A stretch of DNA of 59,965 bases, filler included, from Asterionella formosa (GCA_002256025.1; 11 parts of 11 records of this genome joined end to end with filler, not necessarily neighbours in it), one strand, 5' to 3'. Positions 34,231 to 49,179 are shown, counted from the whole stretch's first letter. The notes: generated from the sequence alone by a model not told the origin. Translations and numbers: made by a program.

Positions 34231-35532
34231 ATGGGGGTGCGTCTTTCTTCGTTAACAGGGAATGCATATAGAAGTACACCTGATCTTGAACAAGTAACAA
34301 CAACTGTTACAGACGAAAGTGTGATTGTCGTTTTGAGTAAAAGGGTTGTTGAAGTTAAAGACCCTAACAACCCTGACAACTTTGACTACTTTGACAACCC
34401 TGACGAACAATGGAGTTCAAATTTAGACTCTAACACATTCTGGAGTAAAAAGCTTGAGCTACTTCAAAAATGTAAATTGGCTGAATGCGAGGAAAAAAAT
34501 CAAAAAACACGAACCATATCTGAAATACGACATAATGGCTTCAAACATATATCAAACCATTTTTAATGAAGGTGGACAGTTCTATAAAGTTTTGGCCCAA
34601 TCCTAAAAAAATTTGGGATGGCAGCTCACCATGACGACGGCTTATGAGGCTGTAAATTATATCCAGACTCCTCTAGAAGAAGCACTCAAGAATGAGTGGA
34701 TAGGTTACATTAAAAATCATCATGATATCGGCCTGGTGACCTTAGTTAGTTATCATAAAACAACTGGTGGCATGTTTGGTGGTGGAGTGGGGTTGAACCA
34801 AACCAATAATCCCTGCAACCCTGCTTTTATATTTTCCAGATTCTTGCTTTCTCTTATACTCATCATCCAGATTTTTGTTCCATTGGGGGTGGTTTACAAT
34901 ATTTTTGAAGAAAATGGTGATGAATTCAAAAATTGTAAAGGAGAAGCAACCTTAATTCAGAAATTATTTGCTTGTGCTGTTGCTGTCATTTACTTTGCAA
35001 AGCTGGATTCGCTTGGAATCCAAAAACACAAAGAACTAAAAGGGGGAAAATGTCTACTGACTCAAACTGGAATCAATAAATGGCTTCAGAAAAGTTTGAT
35101 TGCTCACCAAATATTTTACTTTGGATATGTGCCTATCATTTACCTGGTCAATCTAGTAAATGCTTTCATCGAGCCAGACTCTTATACCATTATTATAAAT
35201 GCATTGGCATTACAATTTATAATTGAACTGAGCAATGTGGCAAAGTCATGTTCGTCAATGCATTCCCGCCTGACATTGATTATTACTGGGGATTGAATTC
35301 TTATAATGAAAGCAACATTGCTGACTCTATTCCAAACCCTGACATGCCAATCTCTGATGGCAGAAGCAATGCGGCCTCTTCTAATAGAGACAGCCTACAG
35401 TGGCCCATTTTCCGCTTTCTTTACAGCAAGGTAGAGAGATTTTTTGAAATGGTAAAAAAACAGGTGCATAACCTTATCAGGAAAAGGAATGTGGAAGAAA
35501 AGAAAAAAGACTTCTCATGTGGAACATCATAG
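34231..35532 (+). pseudogene. Multi-pass membrane protein of unknown function, interrupted by stops/frameshifts or unresolved introns
   Basis: Three consecutive plus-strand ORFs (111, 227 and 94 aa) with about four hydrophobic helices (FLLSLILIIQIFVPLGVV; LFACAVAVIYF; YVPIIYLVNLV; IIINALALQFII). Confidence 0.45.
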
Positions 35533-36880
35533 CCACCGTTCTTTCTTGCGTTTTCGTGGTGTTCTGTTTTTTCTATTTTCCATTTTGCAAGCACAGTTCA
35601 CAAACTGGATCAACCTGAATGATTGGGTAAGGGTAAAGGCTAGGGTTAAACCAAAAAATCGAAAATATTCATAATGAATTATTAAGCAAATACCGTAGTA
35701 ACGGAGAGGAATTAAACTCACATGGAAACTTTGATCATTTATACAGAAAAGCATTTTGTCTTATCATGTTCGATTCATAATAAACACAAATCGAATTAAA
35801 TGGATCGCAATTTAATAATATATTACGTTGCTGATCACACATCTTTTCCATTCTGTATCCTTCAAAATAATCGAATACCTTCAATTCACATCCGGTAGCG
35901 ATGATTGTTTGGATTGATTGCTTTGATATGTTTTCTTCAAGAGTAAATGAAAACGAAAGCGAAATAGTTGATGTTACATTCAAAATTCTTCCATTTGATA
36001 AGAATGACAGAAACTCGCATGCTCCAATGTTCCTAAATCATTTTCCTGTAGAATATAAAAACAATGTTAGCAAAAGTGTTTCAATTAGTAAAATCTCAAC
36101 ACACGAGCAACAAAACGATCACATAACTTATGATCACAACAAGCGCTCTTCTTTTCACTCACGGTGCAGCGAAACAATGACGCAAGTTTTGAAATCAGGC
36201 ACTTTCCTATACACAAACTTGAGGCGAAAAAATCGTTCACAAGCTGTCTTCTATAAACATACGAGAAGCGAAACAATCATATAACTTCGCACTCCAATAG
36301 ACATATGAGCAGCAAATGAGCATATATTTTACCTCTGCTCTCAGTGTCAATTGATAGGTGATAGGGTATCGATCATCCTCATTCTCACATCTGCATGTGA
36401 GGAAGAGATATGAATAATTTCGCAACCATTAATAAATAATCATCATTGTTATTATATATTTCATGTTACTCAATGCGCACAGACACTACAAACCTTCTGC
36501 AACATTGCACAAGAGCTTATCAAGTGTGGTTGTCTTTATTGTCCTGGTTGGACTGCAGAATCGCATATCTCGGCTAATTAATTATGTACCAGTGCCTACG
36601 AAAAAGGATAACGCAATTATTGCTTGATTCTTTGTCTATTATCTCTAGAAAATTATTGGTTTTTTGGTGCCACCTCGAGCAAAATATACAGGGGGGTCCA
36701 GCAACCTCAGGAGGGGGAACATGACATTGAATTATACAGTAGCCCTTTTATTCTGGAGAAAATTATTATCCAACAATTTATATAAATTTAAAGGAAAGTG
36801 ACATAAAGGTTTTCATATTGAGCCTCAACGAGAGACTGAAATCAGCCTAATTAGCCTGAAAGAATTCGATAATATGATCC

Positions 36881-37030
36881 CCTAATGCTTCGGCTATGAC
36901 CAGGATCACCTTTCGCAAAACGTTGTTGGAGACTCACCTATGCTAACAAAACTAGGGAAGCACAGGTCTTTGTGGTGGGTAGCACAATGAATACTTGCCT
37001 ATAGAAATAGGGGAGGATGAATGGGCTATG
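36881..37030 (+). mobile_element. SINE-like family 2, copy C (3' part only)
   Basis: GATCACCTTTCGCAAAA...GACTCACCTATGCTAACAAAACTAGGGAAGCACAGGTCTT...GGTAGCACAATGA...AATGGGCTAT matches copies A and B. Confidence 0.65.
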
Positions 37031-38689
37031 AATCAAGTTACTAACTTTTATGTAATAACACTTCCTATATGGACAACAAAAATTGAAGTCGCCAATAGCA
37101 CTGTGAAGTTGCGAATTTTTTGCAAGGTGAAGATCTTTCTCAATTTTCACTTTGCGGAGATAACGATCAACATTTTTATATTTATTAGAAAAAAGCGCGC
37201 CATCCTGTAGCACTTAAAAATTCACTAAAGTCTAGTATAAAGGAATTCTTACCGTATTCCTGGACTAAGTAAACTCAGTTAAATTCAGTCACAGCAGTGT
37301 ACATTGCGTAGTCCAAGACACTGAATTGTATATGGTATACGAAAATTTGAAGGAGAATTCCATTTCCGGAATATCTTCCTGCCTGAAACCAAGTTGTGAT
37401 AAAGTTTGATCGTGATTTGGAATTGGTCATCAAGAGAGAATTTATTTTATGAATGATTCAAATTGACTTCATGATATGTTTCTTGTTTTGGCACCTGATG
37501 TTTACTTTCCGTTTCAGCATCAGTGTTGGAGTCACTGACAATGCAAATGTTTAGCATGTCGCTTGTTCACAACTTTGGGAAATATATATTGTTCGTTTGT
37601 CTTGAGAAGTTTTTACTGAACTTGTTGATAAAAAGTCAAGGAGCCAAAATTTTTCCATTTACCACTAGATTCTGAATATTTTCTGGTCTAGTGTCAGAGT
37701 TGGAGTTTGTGAAAATATGCATGTTCTGCATGTTCCTTTTTTCGGCAGAACTGGTTCATGATGGTGCAAGTGCATCTGGTATACTTATTCAATTTGTTTG
37801 TACTACTCTGAGCTCCTATTTCATGCTGTTGTTGTTATATTTATTGAAAGTGACGGAGATGGTTTTGAAATTGTATTCCTCTATACAAGTAATATGTGTA
37901 TGGTTGCATCAAGATCATCATGCTATGTTAAAGATAACACAGGCAAATAGGAGGGGGACGTGTGTCACTTCACAATTGCAAAATTCATGCGCCCCTTAGC
38001 CAATAGAACACTACCAGGGGCCTGCTGGAAAATGGGACTTCAGTATGGAGTAGAATATATTATTGATCAAATAAGTCAATGATAGTGACTACATTTTTAT
38101 TTCTTTAAGTTGAGTCAAGCAGATAGTGAAGTTGCTCGACAAAACGCTGTACATCACCTGCCTCGACCNNNNNNNNNNNNNNNNNNNNNNNNNNNNNNNN
38201 NNNNNNNNNNNNTTAATTAATTAANNNNNNNNNNNNNNNNNNNNNNNNNNNNNNNNNNNNNNNNNNNNAATAGTCAACTGATAATGAGGACAATGAAAAT
38301 ACTGGTAGCCTTTGCTTGTGAATGATTTAATAATTATATATTTAATTATCTCCAGACAATTTCATTTCTTTCGATGGCCTGTCTGTAGTGATGAATTAAA
38401 TTAACTCTCCTATTTATATATGCTTGCTTTTGATTCACTTTAAGTTGGAGCATCAATAGACTAGTGTCAACAGCAAACTCTGCCTGTATTATTGTTTTCT
38501 AAAGCTTGAGCCATGCGATGCTGGTTCTTGTGTATCCATCAGATCCTCCCTCATTTGTTACTCTTGGGAGACCATTGTCATCATTCACTCCATCACCTGC
38601 ATCTTCAACATCATTATCGCCAATCGATTCTTTCCAGTCATCATACCCACCATCACATAAAAGCAAAATTTTATTGTGAATACAGCATC

Positions 38690-39360
38690 AAGTAGTAATA
38701 CTAGCAACATTGTTCCTACATTACTTCCAGCTGCATAACCGCATTGGATTCTTGATGATCATGAACTTCTTCTTAAGAATGGCTGCCAAAGAAACATTTC
38801 ACATCTTTTCTTGCTGATTCCAGATGATCTCTCGAAATCCTTTCAGCGGAATCATCGAGCTGATGTTTCTAAGGAGCTATCAACAGCTGAGGAGGCCATG
38901 AATGATATCCTCCATCACAAATAAAATAGAAACCTTTCTCAATTCCAACAGTTTCATTTTGTTTGTAGTGCTCCCAGACACTTTTGCTCCAAATGCTTGC
39001 CTGATTTCATAAGTTTGCGATTGCGGCATCGAATCTTGCTATGGTTTTGTCATTGTCACAACCAACATTTGAAACAGACAAAAAATCTCTATGTATGTAA
39101 AACCATGACTTGAAAGGAAAGAGTTTGTGCCTTCTCTTTTCTCTTTAATTGAGTGAGTAGATCAGCAGCCACGACAGCAATTCCGAAAGAAATGAACACA
39201 ATCAATAGATCCAATGCAATCAGGGAATGCAAGAGTTGTGCTAGTATAGTGGTCTTGAATACTATGTTTAATGGAATCAACTGAATCAGGAAACACAATC
39301 CATGTGTTCTGTTTCAGGGTCATCCACTCAACAAATCCATGAAAGGATATCCGGTGTTTT
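38690..39360 (-). pseudogene. PIF/Harbinger DDE transposase remnant
   Basis: In order on the minus strand: PDCIGSIDCVH (~39225-39192), DNDKTIARFD (~39057-39028), FICDGGY (~38925-38905), LESARKDVKCFFG (~38823-38785). Many indels. Confidence 0.85.
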
Positions 39361-40559
39361 CTCTGCTGATTCCATTTAGTTCCTCAAGTGAATCGAAAGG
39401 TACATCCCTAGCCAGAACCCGCATTGTAGTACTAGCTAAGACAAGGAGACGACATTCATACAACTCTTATCCCTTATTGTCGCTCTTAGTAAGCAAACTC
39501 TTACATTTCCATTTGGCGTAGGACTATGCTAGTAATTTATAATGACAAATATTCCGATATACACATACAAGTATATAGATATGTGTGGAATAGTACATAA
39601 GTGAACTTGATTTTGTACCGCTGTGGTATGAGAACGATGAGACAGCAACTCCGTTTTGACCATGACGAAATTCTTGGACTGAATTTCTCATCGAAAATTG
39701 ACGTTGAAGTATTGCTATTTCGTACATGTATCTAGCCTAACATAGACGAGGTAATCGTTCAATAAGAATAATTTTCGCACCAATATTGACAACAAAAATT
39801 AGAAATCGCCACTAGTAGAATTTGTTTTCGTCGTCGTTTGCTCAGTTTTCAAGATATGAACAAAAGCGAGAGATCATTGAGTCCGCGATGACTAGCTTAA
39901 CAACTTTTACTATATGATTATTTCTATCTAATGTAAAAATGAACGAGAAAACTTGAGCGACAGTAATTTCGGAGAGTGCACAACATCTCAAAATGCAAGA
40001 AAATACATTAAGGTATAATTTTGTACCAAGTTTCATGTATGTACTAATTGTCGTGGCTTTTATTTCTATGGAATTATGGAGTAGGTCATTTTAGAGTTTA
40101 AAAAAATAAAACACTACTAGCTAGTTGTTCTATACGCGACTAGAATATTCCATCGTGGAAAAAATCACGAATTCTTTTGATTAATGTATTCTGCATATCT
40201 ATTGCAACACTTTTGTGCGAATAGGCAATTAACTCGTTGATTGCAATTGTACTGGCTGGTTTGAATATATAGATTAAGAGTTCTTGGTTTAGTCAAATTC
40301 TGTTTTCAATGTTATTCTAGGTATTTATTGCTTTGGGTGTGAAATCAATTTCCCAAACGTGACTGAAGTTTCTGACGAAAATTGTCTGCGTCGGGGAAAT
40401 CAACGAATTTCTTGACGTGACTGAAAAAACTTGAGTCTCAGGAAATCAAAACCCGGAAAACTCAAGTTTCCGACGACACAAGTAACGGCCAGCCAAGGAT
40501 GGTTTTCGGGAAAAATTTGAGTCAGCCAAATTTTTTTCTGCTTACCACGCCGGAAAATA

Positions 40560-41904
40560 TCTCATTCACTATTTGCAAGGCAGTCTTGTTCAGTAATTTG
40601 TAGTCAAAAACCGAATTCCCAAGATTGAAAGGCAGATATCATAATTCCCATTCCATCATCCTTGTTGGGGACAATGGCTCCTTGTATTGGAAATCTTACT
40701 AGTATGCTTAGGGTTCCCTCCAAATGGTGTTCCTTTCAGCCTCTGTGGATCAACAGTGTCGACATGGTATTCAACAATATTGTCATCCTTTTATCCTGAA
40801 CCCCTTGTTACCTCACCCTTCTCTTCCATGAAAATTGCTTCCTCGGCTGGTATCTGAATCCATCTGTGCATCCTTTGTACATAGCCCAGATATCGTTGCA
40901 GAAATCCCATCGGTATTGAATTGTTGCAGGTTTTTCATGTCCATCAACATGTATCCTTTCTTCATTGGTGCATATCGGAATCCTAGCCAAGTCATCCAGC
41001 GATAGACGGTGGCGGAGGGGCTAATGCAGGTAAGTCCAGCATGTGTGATTAGAATTTGTTTCAACTTTGACTTGTACCACTCCTCAGAGTCCAAGTCAAG
41101 TGCAACACTACTAGCTAACACTCTGCTTGTCCTCTTCCTCCTCATCAGGTTCATTGAATGTCGAATGGACCAGTACTGGTAGGACCTTGCTTGTCATGTA
41201 TATATTCCGAAAGTATTTCGATAGAAAGGGTATCCAAGTTTTCTTTTCCATAATCTTTGAATGTTCATGCAGATGTCGGGGTTGGCATGCAGGAAGGGTG
41301 GCAGATCCTTGGAGTTCTTTACTCTCAGTTGGAATTTGTGGTGTTTTCGGAAATTGCGGTACAAATTGGAGACGATGTGTGCATATGTGGCAAGTATTAG
41401 TAGTCCTTAGTTTGTTAATCTCTTAACAGCAACATTGCAAAAATGTTCCCAGGTTCATATATTCGTGTTTTCTTTTGCAAGTTGGTGGAGTGAGAAAGTA
41501 ACAATGTATTGGCATTTTTGTTGGATGTTCCACTTGTGATGATGGGTGATTTCATCTTCTTGGTTAATATGGTTGAGATTCTGAATCAATAGGAGGTATC
41601 CAGAGCTGGAGTTATTTGCTTGCCTGATGGTTTCTATTTCGTTGTCGATTGCAGTCATGGTGGAGTCATTTGGTAGGGGGTTGAAAAGTTTCTTCTTGGC
41701 TTCAGGCGGGGAGACCCAATATGTTGTTGTTGTGGTTGTTTGTTTCTGGATGTCGTTCTTTTTGTTGCTAGGAACAGACAATGGCAGGGAGTATGATGAC
41801 TCAAATGATGAGTCTAGTAGCTGGATGTGGACGTTGCTCAGCAGTCCCAAGTCTTCAACTTGAGAAAATGAAGCCGTGGGAGCTAGTTTCTGAAAACTCA
41901 TCAT
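40560..41904 (-). pseudogene. IS630-Tc1-mariner-type transposase, N-terminal/central remnant (same broad group as 21122-21784)
   Basis: TVYRWMTWLGFRY..MKKGY, then a frameshift into VDGHEKPATIQYR. Multiple frameshifts. Confidence 0.65.
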
Positions 41905-43060
41905 TCCCCGCCGCCCCCTACTGGCAATAATAGTCTACTAGTTGCTTCTTTGCATTCTCCTTCTTGTTGTTCCTCACTTGTCCTTCTCCTTTTCCTTGAA
42001 TTTAATTCATCTCCTAGACCAGTCATAGTAATTTTACTGTTTGAATTTAAGCCAGTATGTAGAGTAACTTCGTCATTCTCTAATAGTTGAGGTGAAGTAC
42101 TATTACCACTACTACTAGATGAATTTACGTGGTGACCATCACGAAAATTTAGACCATCATTACCCCGACTTCCACTTTAGTAGCCTCTTCAATGGAAGAC
42201 ATTTCTCTTCCCATTCAGATGAATTCCCATCATATGTAGGAAGCTTAGGAACCGCTGATACTGTCTTTCCTGTAATGTAAATAAATCTTTGCCTACTTTT
42301 GCCCTTAATTTGATACTCAGGTCGAAATACCATCACCTTCTTGCCTGTAGAAATTGTGACCTTGTTTGGCTCCAAAGATTGATTTGGAAACACTTTATTG
42401 AGATACCATATCAATCTATTAGTATCATTAAATTGTATGTTATCGCCAAAGAAAGAGTACTTTTTGTGAAGATATTATCTGAATTGATCGACCAGCAACC
42501 AAACACCATGAATGGCAGGGTCACTGATGGCGGCCATAATGGATATTGCTATAACTTTTTGAATATCATTTGAAAAGTGATTCCCCAAAAGCATTTCACT
42601 CATGACTATACAAACAACGAATCTAAAAGCCTTCGGGGAATCACTTTTGCACAGGAAATGGCGGCGATATTGAGCAACATGGTGAGTTGATTGAAGCAAA
42701 CAAATTGGCGCGATATTCCTTTCTACGGTAGGGATAAGGATAAAATTTTTACCAGCGCTACGTGGTGGGCTACTATAATTATTATTTTCATGCAACCAGC
42801 CACCAGCCATTTAAATGTGATATGTGATGTATGTATACTGATGATATTGCAAATAGTATAGCGGTACCCCAGTACTATGCTGTTACATCTAGCATGATAA
42901 TGACTGCGACCATGTATATAGATATGACGTTAGTACATATGCTTATATGCAGTATTGGCAAGGCAATCAGGGGGTAGTGGTTGTTGTTTGTTCATGTATA
43001 CCGGTATACTTCATAGGGACGATAAGGGTCATCTAGTAGAAAATCTACCTGTATTCTTAT

Positions 43061-43434
43061 TTGCAAATTCTAGTCAGCATTGTCAGAAAATTCTAGTCGC
43101 TGTCAGCAAGTTCAGCCCTAGTCAGCAAATTTTAGTAATTGTCAGCAAGTTCTAAATGTAGAAAGGTAGGATTCCCATGTGGATTGTGAAGCTAGTACTA
43201 GAAGACAGTTTGCTGAACCCACCATTCATCAGTCATCAAATCAGAGCCATGTTCAGAGACTGTCTCTGCTCATCATCATCAGTCCTCAGTAAGAGTAACT
43301 TTTTCCTAAATTACTTAAGGAATGTTATATCATTCATCAAAAGCTGGCCTATCTCGTCTGGCAGGCATGAGATGATCCATTGGGAGTGCGTCGAAACTGA
43401 AAAGGGTTCGAATAAAAGGTGCGCTAGTCGAAGG
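43061..43434 (+). repeat. Diverged copy of the right part of the MITE-like element at 52841-53464
   Basis: Shares TAGTCAGCAAAT subrepeats, TTTGCTGAACC, CCTATCTCGT and GTCGAAACTGAAAAGG with 53111-53450. Confidence 0.7.
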
Positions 43435-45679
43435 TACATAGAACTGCATGGTCCCTGGTACCTGGTACCTGGTAATAAAACTGCAATCATAATAATGTAT
43501 ACTGTATCTATGCATGCATGTAAAATACCGGTAGTTGCTGCCCCACGTACAAAGGTATATACCGGTAGGCTCACTCTGCCCCCAGACAATGCTGGGGTGC
43601 GAAACGGCAATAAGAAGTAACTTTTTNNNNNNNNNNNNNNNNNNNNNNNNNNNNNNNNNNNNNNNNNNNNTTAATTAATTAANNNNNNNNNNNNNNNNNN
43701 NNNNNNNNNNNNNNNNNNNNNNNNNNCCCATGTATGCTCCTATAAGCCTTGATGACAGTCCATCCTAATTGCTTGAAGAGTTATGTTTTGTATTGAGGTG
43801 ATTCATGGTTCTCCTTCCAATCACTGATTCTTTCTTCAATTGAACAAGTTTCACCTTTTGAATTACTGTCTACCACGCTCTTGGCTGGGAGTATCATTTC
43901 AAAACCGTTGGCACATGATACAACATGAACATTCACATTGTTGTTTTAATTACTGTTTTGCTTAACTATGGAAACTGCTCCAGCTGTCTCACTTGCTGTT
44001 GATGCAGCGCTTGTTGAACAAGAATGTATGCATTTGTTGAATTTTTATTCCTTAGAAAGAGCATGCAAACAAGTTGCGTGCCCTCACACAAGCCTGATTG
44101 TTTTCAATTGATGCTCTTGCAATATCAAGCAACTTGTCCCATTTGAACATAGACATCTTTGATTTTTCCAAACTTCGCACAAGTTACCATGCAACCACTA
44201 TTGCAAATGAGGGTGCTTATGAATACTTCAAATAGGCTTTGAGAACATATCATTTCCCCGTCGTTTTGGACTTTGTAGCTAGTCCAGCATCAAGCCACTT
44301 TGAGTCATTCCCAAAATGAATGCAAGACGCTGGATGTATTGATTTTGGTTGCACAGGCAACTCTTGCTACAATCAGACTTTTCGAGGATATAGTGAAATT
44401 CAGATCCAGTGTTCATATGTAATACGCCAATGAGCTCAAGTAAACACTGTCTAGCTTGGTGCTGGAACTCATTTCCCTTGCTGCGATTTTCCATATTGGA
44501 ATCAAATTATGAAGTAAATAAATTAAACAAATTGATTATGTGTGCTGGTAAGCAGTCAGATTTTATGACAATCCACTAAAGCAAATTTTTAGTTCAAATG
44601 GAGTATACTACATTCTTGAAATCAAGTCCTGCAAAGAATCATTTCTATGTTGTGGGACACGTTACCATGTTTGCCAATTGACCATATCTTCGAAAACTAA
44701 GCAGTAGTTCTTCCAGGACTCAACAATTCGCTAATCTAGAAAAGATGACAACTCCAGCTATGGAAATGTTTTGATCACATGGGACTGTTCATAATAGCTT
44801 CTACTCGATTTTCTGTATTGTTTATAACTGATGATCAACCTTGTATTTGTGATAAAGAATTAACCTCTATGTAATCGAAATCAACAGAAACAGCAGTAGT
44901 TTCAGAATCTGGGAGGAAAGAATGAGCAAGCTAGTATTACTAGTTACCCTGTGACAACAGGAATGAGGGACAGTGCTGGCTGAGAGAGACTAATCCAGAC
45001 GAGTAGCGGCCTACTACTACCAATGAATTGAGTCACCCAATCAGCATATATATATATCATCAATAACGCCAGCATTTTTATCTCCTTTTGCAGCATTGGT
45101 TTCCCTTTACGTCCTTGCTTCTTTGCTCAATAGTCTCACAATATTTCACTTGTTCTTGTTTCAGAAAACAGTAGAAAGATGACTGTGTGTCAGAAGTCCT
45201 AATGTAAATGCAAATGCAAATGCAAATGTTCCAAAATAAATGGCAACATTGCAGGGAGGTTGAGGCACTTAAAATTGCATAGAAGGTCAGTTGTTGATTG
45301 TTGAATTGTCATATTTGGGGAACCAATGGTAGCAACACGAGAAAAACGCAAGCAACAGTGGGAAACTCACCACTAGCTAATGGAGAGCAAAGATGTAAGA
45401 AAGGGGCAAGCAAACTGACTCTATGATGCCTAAAATGCCCAAACATTGAACTCCTGAAGTCGCCGAGGCTGCTTGGTAAACATCACATGTGCTCATGGAC
45501 TAATCAAGCGGAATTGGTTTGATTGCTCTTGGAGCCAGACATCGAATCCTACCAAAGCAACAAATATGAACCTTCCTGTGCACTGTTGATTCTTGCGTGT
45601 TCAGCTGAACGGACCCGCCTTCTTACATTGAAAAATCACTTGAGTGATGGAAGCATAGCTGATGACTGAAAACAGAGCA

Positions 45680-48600
45680 TACATAATAATAACATAATTA
45701 CATTCTCGATAAAATTTTATAGTACATTAAATCTAAACATAAAATCGCACTTGTGCCTAGTCGACACAGCTGGAATTATCTAGGGGTGTCTCAAACGAAC
45801 TCTTGGTCGTCGTCCCTCTATTTCTTCGAAGCGCTGTGCGAGGCGAAGTCGAGCTCTATCTCCCAGAGACGATCGATGAACCTCATCCCATGCTCTTAGT
45901 GAAATGTCAACTGTCTGAATCCATAGCATCTTTTGGAGAAGAGTATGTTTTTGTTTTCGTAGCTACGTTACATGGTGGTAGAAGGAACAGTGATCGGTCA
46001 ATGGATTGTACCTTTGCTTTGTCTTCGTATAATCGAGTTATCGCCTGGTGATCAAGCAAGCTCTTGGGTCGATTTGTTATCCTTTTTCTTGTCAGAGATG
46101 CCGTACAACATTGAATTTCGAGAAGTCCAGCACGCAATCCCAAAATTCCACAAACCATTCTTAATCAATTGAACTGTCCATTGTTTGTCCCATTCCGGTT
46201 CATTTAGGAGAGCTCGTGCCCTAATTAATAGTGTATTAGCTTTGCCCCAAAGAATGATAGTGTGTTCCCTCACAGCTTGATCCGAACCTTTATGCTGTTG
46301 GTTTGAGAAGCCCTCAAAGGCAGCCTGGCCTATTACACCATCCTCTGGCAGGGGAATGGGGCCTTTCCAACAGACCGGCTGTGCTAATAACCACCATTGC
46401 TCCATTCCCTTTCGAAATGTTTGAATGATGAAGGGACAAGTATTCCCATCCATTATCGAATTGTATCTTTTGACGTCCAGCACGATGTCGAGCCTGCCAG
46501 TCCACCATTTTGAATATTTCGCGGGTTTGTTCTTCCTATCCTGTCTTCGCAATGATGTATGATGGCATGTCATCTTTATAACATGCCTCTCGAATAGCCT
46601 TGGACAGAGCGAAGGCTTGTCATCCATTCGTCATGCAGCTTCATGGTAACCTGATGGCCTGGTGGGAGAATATATTCTACTTTTTTTTAAACTATTACAC
46701 TTAACGCATTGACGTGGTGGCTGCCAAAGAAAGATGCCTATCTATTGCAATTGCAGTGCGTCGAGCCTGGCTGCAAGGGGTAATTTGTCATACGTTACAT
46801 CCAAGCCTTGATGTGATTTAATATGGTGCAATTGAAAGAATGAGGTTATTCTTCCATGCCAATTTCATTGCTACCTGCAGCAGATCCCAGCCAAGATAGA
46901 GAGTTCCGGAGGGCGGGCCGTTGATGTTGCCTTTTTGTATCCTTGTGATCAGTGCCTTGTTGTCGATTTAAATAGTCAGAGAAAGGGGTCCACTGTCTGT
47001 CGTTCAACATTGATTGTCCTCCACCATGCATATCTCCATGGTGTCAGCTTCAAAGCTGGCGTAATGAAGATATAAATTAACGCTCTGTTCTTTTCTCGTT
47101 ATGCCCTCAAACGCCATTTGTCCTCTATACATACTAGTGTACCTCTGATTGAATGGACAAACTCCCAAGGACTTGTGATCCATGATTTTTCAATGTTTTC
47201 TATCTAAAGGGTAGCTGTTCTGATCCTATCACCAATTGCAAACGTTCCAATAGGATTCGGAACAATTTGGCGATGTCATCCACTCAGCATCTGCAGATGA
47301 GTTATACCCTGATCTTTGTAAGTATTGGTCAAGCCAAAAGAGCCCAACGATCATGGCGGGCCGAAAACAAGAGCCTCTTTGTCATTTTATTGAAACCCAG
47401 CCTTGTGAGATAAGAGGCCTGGAAGGTATGCTTGATCTATTATTACATTCTCTGTCGAAGTAAAAGTGGTACTGCACCACAAAGGATATTTCATGGATAG
47501 ACGTATCATGGTTCTGTAACAACAAGCTATCATTATTTTGCGACAAAGAAGTTTTGACACTGCAACATTTTGACTCAATGTTCTACCCTTTGCAACCAAG
47601 TGAGCTAATTCATCTGTATTATTCCTGCTAGGTGCCAGATGTGCCCCAAGATTGCGAGGTCCTTCTTGTGCATTCTTCTGTCGGATGGTAGTTTTATGAC
47701 TGCTATCCTGTCCTGCGGTTAATTGTATAACTAGATCAAGTTGATCTTTAGTTTTGAGCACATATTCATCCTTCTCCTGAGGATTTGCTCCCAACCTGCG
47801 TAAGGCGATCCCACCTATTGAAGGAACCATTCGATCGAACGCAGCTTTTCATTCGTTGTTGAAAATGATTGTTACCTACTTGCATAAACATAGTATACCG
47901 TCATATGTTAGTAATCTTTCATCAATATGGCATCCATAGAGGATTTATTGGGACGAGTTCCCCATTGTAAATTAGAAATTGTGTTTTTGTCTTCAGACCA
48001 ATAGATTAATAGTAGTCTTCCAAAAATGATGCGTAACATCATATTCAAATCTGCCTCGCTCCAATATCTGTATGACACGTAGGTTGTCGATCTGTGAGTG
48101 ACCTTTGACTTTTTCCAGCATAACTTGCAATGCATTCAACCATCTATTTAGAGTTAAGCCGAATTCGAATGGTACTGACATTAAGGTAGTATATACCTGC
48201 TGGCAAATTATATCATCCTTCAAAATGGACTTGTTATGTCCTAAGTGGTGAGGATGGCCGCTGGGAGAAGACGACGTTTTTCCGACATGCATCATGTAAT
48301 CTTGAAGAATAGAATTTGTATCCCAGTCCCTTTGTTCTTGTCAAACCTAACTCTTCCCAATGTTTTGCAGTTATCTCATTGACTGGTTCTCATCCTGATT
48401 TGAAGGTTCGAAGGCATTTTCTCCAAAAGATGACATTTCTACTACCTGACGTGGCCAATGTTGGAGACCAGCATCCATACCCATAATTTGCTTTCGAGAC
48501 CTTCTTTTCTGCATATAATACTGCTTTAGCTACCTCATCAGTGTCAATTTTATCTGCCTCTCGTTTTACAATTTGACCTCCTTGGAATTGTGCTATATCT

Positions 48601-49079
48601 CGAAGTTGATTGAATTTCTCAATTACTATGATATCATGTTCTTCAAACTTTTGGTGTACCAATCATTTTATATACTACTGTACATGTAATTTGTTTCTTG
48701 ACCTTAGCCCTCTACGTTTAGCTGTTGTTGGATCTTGTCCAAGGTTGTCAGAAAAATCTGTTTCACTTAAATCTATGAAAAAGGCTTGATGATCTGAATA
48801 TTTAAGGCCATTGTCATGAGACAAGATCCCCCCTCTTTTAACCGCCTGGCTGTGACAAACAGACTGTCGCAAGCATATAATCAATTCTCTTTCTTCCCCT
48901 CCTGTCCGTTGCTGGAGGATGCGAGTATCGTAAATTCGAATACAATTCAATAAGTCAACGAGTTGCTTATTGTCATCTGGAAAAAGGAATCGTCTGCGAA
49001 ATCGGAGTTTGCATCTAACATGCTGAGAAGACCTTTGTCCCTGGTCTTTTGATATCAAGTGTCCTATTTGTTCAGACAA
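45680..49079 (-). mobile_element. Non-LTR retrotransposon (LINE, Ambal-like diatom type) ORF2, heavily degraded
   Basis: APE endonuclease end (GGILS...YSDHQAFFIDL), RT-region motifs (RWLNALQVMLEK...DNLRVIQILE, ADLN, QWGTRPNKSSMDA, RNLGAHLAP) and C-terminal LWNFGIACWTSRN. The RT core appears largely deleted. Possible short TTA tail near 45680-45690. Confidence 0.8.
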
Positions 49080-49179
49080 NNNNNNNNNNNNNNNNNNNNN
49101 NNNNNNNNNNNNNNNNNNNNNNNTTAATTAATTAANNNNNNNNNNNNNNNNNNNNNNNNNNNNNNNNNNNNNNNNNNNN

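Noticed and set aside
43061..43160. CRISPR-like array (TAGTCAGCAA repeats; also the 37-bp pair at 58293/58407)
   Set aside because: The repeats are degenerate or only two copies, there are no regular unique spacers and no cas genes, and the context is eukaryotic TE sequence.
45745..45760. Similarity between the LINE 3' region (GGCACAAGTGCG on the minus strand) and the SINE family 1 tail (GGCCAAGTGCA)
   Set aside because: The match is too short to support a SINE-LINE partnership without consensus sequences.
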